A DNA stretch of 64,000 nucleotides, from assembly GCA_028534125.1 (NCBI GenBank), contig CM052817.1, positions 35,280,001 to 35,344,000 on the forward strand, read 5' to 3'. Shown here piece by piece: positions 12,501-24,500 of this stretch. The notes below the pieces were generated by a model. That model was not told where the DNA came from, did no database searches, and was given only the letters and a program-made list of their open reading frames with translations. The translations under genes were made by a program, and so were the position numbers. Every line of letters begins with the position of its first letter. Within the stretch, counting starts at the first letter, position 1. This stretch comes from Lama glama (Eukaryota).

Positions 12501-15500
12501 TTGTTCAGTTCAAAATCTGTAATACCTACTGTCTGTGTACACCATGTGCAAAGCCCTGAGTTACATGCGTTCATCGATGTAACTCAGCAAGGAGGGAACT
12601 GTAGATAAATGTAACCCAAGACAAAGTGGTAAAATCAAGGTACCAAATGAGAAGGGGGTTAAAAGTGACAGGGATTACAGAGAACCTGGGTTATCTGAAC
12701 TTCCTGTTTAAAACTCAATAATAAATTCTTTGGTAAAAAATATACCCAAACTTACATACTCCCTTTACACTTCTGATACTACACCAAATTCTGAGAAAGC
12801 TTTGCAGTCATTATCAAATTAAACAGTAACTACATTATTTTATGCAATCACTGTATTTCCCCTCAGTTAAAAAATAGAAATGTTTGAGATATCCTTGACT
12901 TTTGGTCAACCATGAAATCCTTAAAAAAAAAAATCTACTGACATATTTAATAAATTTATCTCTCTGCTCCATTCTCATTACCACCATCCAAAACTTCATC
13001 ACCTATTACATGGAATATTAAGATAACTTCTTACCTCTTCCCACATATCCTTTACAATGCTACTGGTTGTTGTTTATAAAATTTTTTAAGTTATAAAATT
13101 ACAAAAACATTAGCATTTTGTCACATTAAAAATAATCTTTAAATTACACCCAGAATTAATCATAATCTAGGATTAACAGTTACTTAATGGTTCCATTGTA
13201 TTTGAGTGCATGTACAAGAGTTTAGGTCTTTGCCCCCTCATAGAAATGATGCTACAATATCTTTTGAGCATATTTAACATTATTACTTTAGGATAGACTA
13301 TCAGAAGTTAAATTTCTGGTCAAGAGGGGTATGATTACTTTGAAACATATTGCTAAAATAATTGCTTTAAAAAAACTGTATTAACAGTGCCCCTTTTACA
13401 GAACCCTGTAATACAATATTACGGGGTGAAGTTGAAGGGAGGAGACACTTTGCTAATTTAATAAATAATGGAGTATGCTAATTTAATAAGTACAAGCTAT
13501 GTACAGTGGTATATGCAATCAATAACTTTTTACTTTGCATCTGTTTAATTATTAGTGCTGTGGAACATTTTTCTACGTATTTAATCAGTTTTATGAATTG
13601 ACTGTTCATGTCAGCTGAGGTCTTAGAAAACTTGCATGACCTCTTTGGCCTTACAATTTTGGCTGATTTTTCTTTGATCTACAAAAGTCAACAGTTTTAA
13701 CATAATCAAATAGTTTATTTTCTAAGGTTTAGAAAGCCCTCCTTTCTCCAGGTCTGATTCATTTATAATGTCTTCTGGTTTTACTGTGGTGGAACCAGCA
13801 GAATGTTCAATAGTGTATGGTAAAATGAAGAAGGGAAGAAAATGAATGTGCCTTTTCCACTGTTGGGCTCAACCTAATTTATGTAAGTGTCTAAGGACAA
13901 AGAATCTGGTCCCCTGTTAGGCAGCAGGTAGCCTGACCGAGTCTTGGCAAAGGACTCAAATACAAACTCTAAGAGGCTTCATGTGCTGGAAATTATAATC
14001 ACCCTCAACCTCAGAATACCGTTGGCCTACTGCCGCTTCCCTCAGTGATCAAGCTTGCACTCTATTTCCCTCCTGTTACTTTATACAAATGCACAATAGG
14101 AGTAATGATTTCAGAGTTTCAGTTTAAAATCTCCAGGGCATGAGGCCCTACATACAATTTTGAGATTCATGCTAGGAATGATCAACTTCAGAAAAAAACA
14201 AAAATCCCTGGAGAGAGAACTTTTCTTTTTTGCCCACACCTGTATTTTCAGCTCCAGAACCTTCTCAACAAACAAAAGTAGGCCCTAAAGCAGGTAACAG
14301 ACTAACAAACCCTACCTTTCCTTACTATTCTCATCATCAGGCTTGGGTGTTAAATTACCTGGGTATATCAGTGTCCTTCGTTCTTCTCTCTAAAGAGAAT
14401 TCTTAATTAACTTCAGATTTTTATTTTCCATGTTTCTAACTAAACCCAAAACATTCCCGAACTGCAATTTAGCCTCAAATAATTATGAAACCTGACTTAA
14501 AATTCAACAATTTTTACTTTGATTTTAAATGAATGTTTATGTCTTTGAAATCATACCTAACATTTGATCTCCTAATGTAGAATATAATGCTATTTCTGCC
14601 ACTCAGTAAAACAAAATTAGAAAAACATGTGGAAATGATATAGGAGATCAAGGAGGGACGTCTTCATTTTTCAAGGCTGGTGTGGTTCTTTTAAATGACG
14701 TTCCTTGGTCCATTTAGTCAAAAGTTAGATTAATTTTTGTAAAGTTTAGTATGTATCAATCAACTAATTACATAAGATACATATAAACTCTTAGCTACTT
14801 GACCATATATGCCAATAAAGCAAGATTTTCTGATGATCTCATTGCAGGATTTCTCTTTTCACATTACTAGTATCACTTATACTGCTTGCTATGTTAAAGC
14901 ACCTAAAATACAAATATAAAGAAAATACCTCAAACTAACTACAATCATCTCTAGAAACTTATAAAATTGACAGACAATTCTAGTGGAAATTCAAAGTGTC
15001 AATGGGAAGAAATTTGATTTCTCTTCATATATATAAATATTTAAACTGTATTATATCACTTTATTACCAAATGTTTACCATAAATCCATAATCCTTCATG
15101 AGTATGATCAAATTCAGCTCAAAGTATTAGCATGATCAGTTACTAATCCAATTTTAATTTTCCTTGGTACTTATTTTTAAAATGACTTCTCTCTTTCCAG
15201 GCAAAATGTCAGTTACATTAGCAGACAAAGAAGACATATCAGAAAATCCTTTACTTTTGGTTTCTCATATCAGACCAATGGAACTGGGTAGGTATAGTAT
15301 GGTGGGCCAAAAATATAATGAAATTGATCCAATTTCAAACTGGAAAGTAAAGCTGGTTTCAAATCTGAGAAAATGGATGATTTTTTCCTGATAGAAACAC
15401 TTAGGATTAAATTATGTTTCCCTCTTTTTTACCAACCTATACTAAAAAAAATCATTTCTAGAAGGGGAGGGTATAGCTCAGTGTAGAGTGCATGTCTAGC

Positions 15501-18500
15501 ATGCATGAGGTCCTGGGTTCAGTCCCCTGACCTTAACTAACTAACTAACTAAATAACTCCGATCACCTCTCCCCTACCCCTCCCCGCAAAAAAAAAAGGG
15601 GGGGGGGATGTATTGTACAATATGGGGAATATAGCCAATATTTTGTAATAACTGTAAATGGAAAGTAACCTTTAAAATTATATAAAAAATACAAAAAATC
15701 ATTTCTAAAACAAATGATTTCTTTAACAAAATGTAAATTGCCTGGAAATATTAGCCTTCAAATTTCTAATGTCTATTCCTTAAATACAGTTAAGGAATCT
15801 GATGGCCAAAATTACACATAGTGGGTGCTTAATATTTAATGAGCATGACTTTAGCATTCCTGGGGTCTAAGACAAACAGAATTTTACATTTGAAAGCAAA
15901 TAATATCAAATCTATAATGAGGTCAAGGATGATTTTATTCACCTGAAAAGTCAAAGTAAATACCCTTCTTGCTTCTAAATTCTTATTGAAGGCTAATCCA
16001 AGTAAGAAAAAACATTGAAAAGCATCTCAAAACAAAGATATTAAATACACCACAAAATAAAAACAACTTCCTACCTCAGGGAAAGGCTATAGTGTTTTTT
16101 AATGACTTACAATATAGATGAAGTCTGAACTACCGTTTTATTAAACATGAAATCTGAGAAAAGCAAGATAATATGGCGGTTAAATAACCAATATAATATC
16201 AAATAATGTTACCATAAAACGAGTTGCAAAACTGTGCCAGAGATCAAACACAAAGGCACTATGTTATATTAAAGGATTTATAACTAAGTGGAGATATCCT
16301 GCCTAAGACATGAAATTTCTGGCACATTTCCTTGCATTAAAGGAACATAATATTTCACTTAAAATGGCATTAGATCTTTAACCAGTGAGACAACTTTTAT
16401 TTTCACAAAGTAAAATATTTTCACACAGAGTAAGAAGCACCAATTATCAGTGTGCCTCTTCCAAGCCCTTTACCCACAAGTAGTCTTGGCTCTCAACCCT
16501 GAACTGCATGCTAGAATGATTCTGGGGATGAAGGGTGAGGGCAGCAGTTTATAAAAGCTCCCCAGGAGGTTCTGATATGTAGCAAATGGAAACCATTAGA
16601 TAAAGAAAAAGAATGCAAAGAAAATGAATTGCTCACACATATCACAAAAAAATTGTCTTCAATGAGCCATTTTCTTACATAATTTTATTGCTTTCTACAA
16701 GTAAATACTACAAAATTACATATTCAACTTTGATCATATACTGACAGACACTCCACATACTGAAGGAGTGGGATGGAAGAGAAAGAAATGATGGAGAAGA
16801 AAGATGATCAAAATGTAACTAATTAAAAACACAACTTTATTAAAGCCAGTCACTGTTATAATAAGGAATAGATTCAGGCTCTGTACTTCCATTTCCCAAA
16901 TAGTTTGAGAGAAAAACTAAACCATGATTTGTAGTCCATCTCCTATGGAGAAAATTACTTTCTTTACTAATCTTGCATCCCATTATTTATCTTGTGTGAT
17001 GTAAGTAACCCATATATATATATATACATATCTCTCTCTCCCTTATCATCTGATCCAGGTAACTCTACACCAATAATGGAACCCCCAAATAATCCAACTT
17101 TTATTCCAACTGTAGCAAATGAAGGAGGAAAGCACTGGACTGTGCCAGAAGTCAGGGCTCTAATAGGCATCTGGTCTGACAGAGGCATACAACGACAACT
17201 AGAGAGAACAGTGAGAAATAAAAGGATATTTGAACAAATTGCTGCCAAGCTTCAGAAACTTGGAATCGACAGAGATTGGAAGCAGTGCAGGACAAAGTAC
17301 AAAAACTTAAAACATGAGTACAAGACTGTAAAAATGGCTCAAGACCTAGGCATGACCAGGAGCATGAAATTTTTTACCGAGCTGGATGCTATTCTGGGAC
17401 ACAATAAAACAGAAAAATCACAAGGACAGAAATCCCAAGATGAAGAGCAAGCCACAGGATATGCCCACATGAAAGCAGAAGAGGACCAGCCAGGTAGGAA
17501 GGCAAAAAGAAAAGTAATCTTAACATTATGTAACCATACAAAAAAAGCCAGTAACATGAATATAGTCTAAGTTACATGGATTTCATTAAAAATCTGTTCA
17601 ACAAGCTAATTATTCAGTTTATTATAAAACAGATTTCATATATATTTGATCTCCCCCAGATGGAGAATAGTACAAAAATTACACAAAAGAAGGAAATAAA
17701 ATTGGATTTCCAGAAGTTTAAAGAGACCAATTTTAATAAAGAAAAAAATGCAACTCTAGATGGCAGAACTTAAAGCAAGTTTTCATATCAAGTGTGATAC
17801 ATTGTGAGTAAGCAGAAAAAGGGCACTGAAAAACTTGCAAAAATACAAAGCCTTTGAAGTTTAAGTTCTGGGACCCTTCAGAAAGTTCTTTAAAATGAGT
17901 TTAACCCAAAGGATTGAGATACAATTAACACAAAGACATTACAGCATGAAATAAACTGAGTTCTAAACCAGGAGTCAGGAAATCCAAGTTCTAACTCAGA
18001 CTCTGTGGAACTTTAAACCGTCTTCTCTAGACCTGACTCTGTAAAATGGGGGACTGGACAAGACATTCTTAAAGGCCTGCACTACCCATGATGTTTCTAG
18101 ATTTTCACGTCCACCTTAAATGATGCAGTCCTAGTAAGAGTATGCATCTAGGAAAAACAGGGAAATGATAGAGTTAGGATTGGGAATAGTGGAGAGAAGT
18201 CCTAACATGTGTTACTGGTTGACAAGAAAGAAACTGGCCTACTGGGGAACCAGACATCTCCCCCACTAAAATTAAAATCTAAAATGACTAGCAATAAAAC
18301 AGCCCAACAGCAGTGGCATGATTATGTTCACACAGTCATTGCTGGAGGTGCAGCTGAAGATGACCCCACCGGTTATGTCAGAAGACCTAGTTAGGGACTT
18401 ACAACACCAGATATTTATAGTGACCCAAGACTAAAAGATGTTTAAGGGTGGGGAACCTAAACTACAGAAAAGCAAACAACCACAGTCTTTAGTGTTAGAT

Positions 18501-21500
18501 TCACTCTAAAAGGGAAAATAATACATTAGAGTTTAAAACTCAGTTCTGAAAGTGAATAAGAAACAAACCACCATGCCTCCTACCATGTTCACACAGTCAT
18601 TGCTGGAGATGCAGCTGAAGATGACTTGGTCAGTAATACGCCAGTAGACCTAAGAGAGACAGATATGAAACAAAGCCCTGGCACAGGTAAAAAAATATTC
18701 TTTGTTTTTTTTGTGTGTGACAAAATACGATTATAAGATGTTGCTATAGACTGAACTGTGTCAACCTGAAATTCATGTTAAACCCCTAACCTCTACTGTA
18801 ATAGCATTTGGAGATGGGGCTTTTAGGAAACAATTAAGTTTAGAAGAGGTCATAAAGGTAGCCTTTAAAATATTACATATTATATATATTATACTATAGC
18901 TACAATATCTAGGATGGTATTAAGTTATAAGAACATATACAAGAATAGAATGTTACAACATTATGTGAAGGATTGTTGGATGATACATTTCCAAAATACA
19001 GAAATGGAAGGTGGAAATTATTAACGACAGTAAAGTTGCCTATATCTGATCAGGATCATCTGGGAACTTCCTCAAAATGTAAATTCTTGGGCCCCATCGA
19101 GAATCAGAAACTCGGGTTGGGGCCCAGCAATCTGTCAAGTTCTTCAGGTGATTCTGATACATGCTCAAGTCTGAGAACGACAGCCCTGTGGCACAGGGTA
19201 CTAAAGCGATGGACTGTTTCCAATCTGATGATTTGTCTTTTACACAAACCAAAATTGGGGGAAGAGGGGATCACTGAGCCCCAAAGCAGAAGCCTCGCAG
19301 TCAGAGACCTAGCACACAGTCTTTGAGTTCAAAGCTGCATACAGCCTTGTAAAGTATAGAGACCAATGCTGATTAAAATAACTAGGCAGTCAAATTCCTC
19401 ACACTGTTGGCAAACTTCAGATTAAAAGCTTAATGGGAAAAGGGAAAGCTAGAACACTGATAGGTGAAAATAAAGAGAAATTAAGGAGACTAACTTGATA
19501 GGCTAACTAACCTGCAGATGACTAGGGGCATGACAACAAATGTAAGCAAAGCTCTGTGCTCTTAGATTTCTTAAGGTATCATCACAATGACCTGTGTCAT
19601 TAAGAGTTAAAATCAGATTACTACATATAGTGTTTAATAAGATAGAAAGATTTCCATGGAAAAACTTAAAAAGCTTTAGCATTCAGAAGATTTTAGCTTA
19701 TTAGTCCTCTGGAAAACTCACTTAAGTACTACACCTCTTTATACTTTTTTATATGTAAAAGGAAAATATTAAGCCAGATGTAAATGGGTAGGTTTTAAAA
19801 AAACTGCTTGGTATGTTTACACATTAGTATGGAATATATTTAGAAAATATGAAACAGGATATATTTACAGTTCTTCTAGAAATTATGTTATTTTAAACTT
19901 TAAAATGAAAATAAAAACCAAGAAAGGTATTAACCCACATGGATTCCTGCAGCTAAATACATGAAAAAAATTTAAATAGCAAGTAATTTTAGGCACACTT
20001 GCAATATATACCTCTTGATGCTCAAATCACCACTCCACTATTTAGAAGATTGTTCTGTTGAGGTTTATCTTTAGGAAAAATACTGTTGGACATTGCTATT
20101 GCTCCATATTGTTAACCTTGACACTTGGTCCTAAAACTGATCTCCCAAAAGCAATCTCTTTCCTATCTTAAAAATATGCCACAAGCATTTTCTTCTTTCA
20201 AATAAAAATCCATTTGAGCCGTAGACCCTTGTATTCTGGTTCCCAACTTAGAACTCCTGGAGATTTTGGTTTAGTATATGTTGTAGAGTGGGTTCAGGCA
20301 TTTGCAGTTTGGGAGAAGATCGCCAAGCATAGGCGGGTTGTCATGTTTTAGAGAATAAGACCAGCAGAGGTCTGAAGAGAGTACTACATATTTGATTCCA
20401 TTTAGGGAAGAAAATTAGCTAATTCTGAAAAATTGCTTAAAGGATGAATGACCATTGCATAAAGAAGATAATCACTAGGAAGAATCGTAGAACTCTTAGG
20501 CTATGCCTATTACTTACACATTTCAGTAAAAAGAAATGGCCTATGAAAACTGAATAACTACTTCTTTGGATGTAAAATAATTAATTTTTCTCCCTTTCTG
20601 AGGCAAAGGCAAAAGAGGATAAAAGGAATCAGAAAGTTACCAGAGGATAAAGGACTGTCGCCTAGAGAGAAATCTGTATTGAACAATCTTATCAGCTACG
20701 TTATTTTCTGAGTAGGAGAAACTAAACTGCCTTAATTCGTCTCCAACACCAGCTGTTATTTAAATGAGGTGGAATTCTTCAGTACCTCGGTTATTGCAAG
20801 TCACTGCTTTCTAGTACAGGACAGTCAGAGGCTCAGAGGGGTGGAGACAGGCACATATATCTTACTGGAGGCCATGCTTATCATCAGCCTAAAAATTACA
20901 AGTGAAAGACTACATTGTTCTTTTAAGGATAATCTTAAAACTATTTTCCTTTTGGCTATAGTAAATTGTGTTTCCAAAATTAAAAGATACACTATCCTGG
21001 CAATTTAACAAAAATTAGCAATGTGATGGCCAGCAGAGGGCATTAAAGTATCTATTGTTAGTATCTAAGAAGGTATGCCAGGCATTTTGTGTTCTCCAAT
21101 TCATAGACGGAAGATAGAAACTTTTCTTTAAAATGGAGTGTTTAATAAACACTTCTGTATATTTTGCAAACAATTTGGATAATCTTCACAGTAAAGTTAT
21201 TAGACAAACTAATGTAGTCAAATGAAACACAATGTTAGAACTTCTAAAAATATTATAAATTAAGAAAAGCTCAGACATAGGTATGCAGATAAATTTAAAT
21301 ATAGGCAACTTGTTAATTTATTCTAATGAGGTGATTCAAGGTGGGTTTCTAGATAGCTTCAGGATGGTCACCAGAAAAACCACTCTTGTGATCAGAGCTG
21401 GAATTTAGGGTCAGCCTGATCTCCAGCAGGGGAGTGAGTTTGGAGACTGAGTTCAATCATGTGGCCAATGATTTAACTAATCATGCCATAATCGATCATG

Positions 21501-24500
21501 TCGATAAAAACTCTGGCTCAGAGGAGCTTCCTGGTTGAACACATTGATGTGCTAGGAGGGTGACACGCCCTGCACCTGGGACCCTCCTAGACCTTGCCCT
21601 GGGTATCTCTTCATTTGGCAGTTTCTGAGTTCTGTCTTTTACAATGAAACTGTAATCCTAAATACAGCACTTTCCTAAATTCTATGAGTTGTTCTGGCAA
21701 ATTATTAAACCTGAGAAAGTCATGGCCCCTCCTGAATTTGAAGCCAGTCAGCCCTTAAAGCTTCGAAAGCTTCGGAATCTGATGTTAACTGTGGGTTAGT
21801 GTCAGATTGAATTGCTGTGCACAAAGTTGGGGTGGAAACATAAGAGACTAAAAGCTCCTCTTTCCTTAAAAGCTACTAAATTTAGGGATTTCTGCCCCCT
21901 CCTACGACATCTTATTTTCCAGGACTAATTACTCAAAATTTCTACATAATACCTAATATCTCCCTAAATGTTCCTATTTCCCAGAAGTAGGGCATGTGCC
22001 TGAGCCTAAGAAGTGACAGTTTTAGTCACTTAAGTAAAATGTTACAAACTCATATTTTGCTGAAATGAAACTTGGGTTTAAAGTTTACCTTGGACTTGTC
22101 CTCTCTAAAAAGTAGCCAGCGGGGCAAGGGTTGGGGAGGGGTTTGGGCACAGAAGGAGGTGGTGGGTTTAGTTATAAAAGGGCAACCAGAGGGATCCTTA
22201 TGATGTTGGAACTGTTGAGTATCTTGACCCTGATGGTAGACACATAGCACAAGGTGGATATAGCTCAGTGGCAGAGCACATGCTTAGCATGCATGAGATC
22301 CTGTGTTCAATCCCCAGTACCTCCATTAAAAAAAAAAAAAAGACACGTAACTACATAAGTGACAAAATTATTACAGAACTTAATACACACATGCAAGCAC
22401 ACACACACATGTTCACAAAAGAGTACAAGGAAACCTGGGGAAATCTGAATCAGAGTGGTGGATTGTAACAATTCCAGTATCCTTGATTTAATAGTATATA
22501 TGGTTTTATAAAATGTTACCATCGGAGAAAACTAGGCAAAGTGTAGAAAGGATATCTATTATTTCTTACAACTGCATGTGAAATCTACACTTATCTCAAT
22601 AAAACTTACAATTAAAAAAAAAAGTAGCTTGTTAGGTGGCTCCAGAATACAACCTGTCATTTGAGATCTTGACATTGCTAGGGGGCTAAACTTCAGCCTA
22701 GTCTCATGGTCCAAACACGTCCTCAATAAGAAGATCTGGTCCTATCTTGTCGTAAATCTCCACTCATTGCTGCATATGCTTACTGCCCTCTAACCACCTT
22801 TTGCTTCACATGTCTATTAGTACAAATCATTGTCTAATTTTACAATAATCATTACAGGCAACTGCATAGACACCTATATTTAGTCACAGGATTTTTTTTT
22901 AAAAGTCCCAGTGTATAGGAAAGTACAGCTGAGATAAAAGACTATCACAGCACTGCTATACTTCAACACAGCAATCCAACATATGCATAAGAGGAGGTGC
23001 TTTCCCCAAATTACAGACAGCTGACATTCTATTCATATACTGCCCCACTAGAATAAATCACTGTTATATTTGCCAGGTTAACCATTTTAAGTTCCTTAAA
23101 ATGTTTATCATCTGTCTGCTGTTAACATCTCAATGTGAAAACTGCTCAAACCATTTAATCTCAGGGTCTTTTATTCCTTTGTATGTATTGCAGTAATTAG
23201 TTACAATGGGGATCAAATGAAAAAGGAGTTCTAAGAGCTCTCTGTCAAGCATTAAAATGTAACAATGAAAGATATTACCAAAATGAGTCACAAAGCACTT
23301 TCATACTCCCAAATAGAGCATATGGTCTCATCACTTTTAGGGCAGAGTACTTCCAATATTTTGGTTGGTAGTGAATCCTACAATGCCATTTAAAATCTGG
23401 TTCGAGATGGCAAATGTTCTTGGCTTTGAGGTTACAGTTTTGATCTTGGGATCCAGCCTTACTACTTTTTTCAGCATAATCTTCAATCGCAAAAGTAGGT
23501 TAGGCTTCTGTGAACAACAAATTTAAATAGATTTTCTCTTTGTTTTTTGACAGAGGAAAACACTGTAAGTACTGCCTCAGAAGAGGTGGGCGGCCCCATA
23601 GCACCACAGAGTATCACTGGGTCAGGTAACGGGTCTAAATTGTTCTATTTTTAATGCTCTGTTGATGTTTAAAGTCTAACATACACCAGTATAAATAGTT
23701 ATAGGAAAGATCTCTATTATGTATTATCCCAAATGCCTCATTATACCTGAGTTGGTAGAGAATGTGGTAGGGGAGGAAAGAAACTGTCTATTTCTACTTC
23801 TTACAAAAAAAAATTTAGTAAATACCAAGACTCTGTATTCATAAATATCCAGTGCAGAGTACATATTAATAAAAAGCAGCTAAACTATTCCCACTAATAC
23901 TGGAGACTAGTCTGCCTTATAGTTTAAATACATATTTATTTTATTTGAATATGAATGTATGGGAAAAAATTTGACCCTCATATTGAAATGATTGTAATTC
24001 TCAGTGCTTTACGTCAGTTCAGGTTGTTTTAATGAATGATGTTCAAATACCTCTAAGATGCATCTCTAAGTCTAAATAATCTCTAAGATGTATCTCTAAA
24101 TCTGAATAATTGTAAATAACGTTGGTTTACAGGTAGTCATATTCCTTTAGAAGATGCTAAAAGTCATTTACAGATTATAACAGTGAGCGACACAGAGGCT
24201 GGAAGACACTGGTGTGACAATGAGGTCAGAGCACTCATACACATATGGTCTGATGAAAAAATTAAGCAAATGCTTGAAGGGGCCACAAGAAACAGAGAAA
24301 TATTTGAGGAAATTGCCAGAAGATTAATGCAGTTTGGAATAGACAGAGACTGGAAACAATGTCGTACCAAATACAAAAATTTAAAATATGAGTACAGAGT
24401 TTTACAAAAGAAAAACGGCAACCCTCAAGGAAAAATGAGATTTTATGAAGAAGTTGATGGCCTCCTAAGACGATCATCTCTCAGAACTACCAAATGGAAA

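Noticed and set aside
20603..20712. Possible extra exon after the pyrimidine tract at 20585-20602
   Set aside because: The phase-1 reading hits TAA within six codons and there is no good donor.
24051..24110. 30-nt tandem duplication upstream of exon F; similar short AT-rich tandem at ~42826-42900
   Set aside because: Ordinary slippage repeats with no sign of function; not CRISPR-like.
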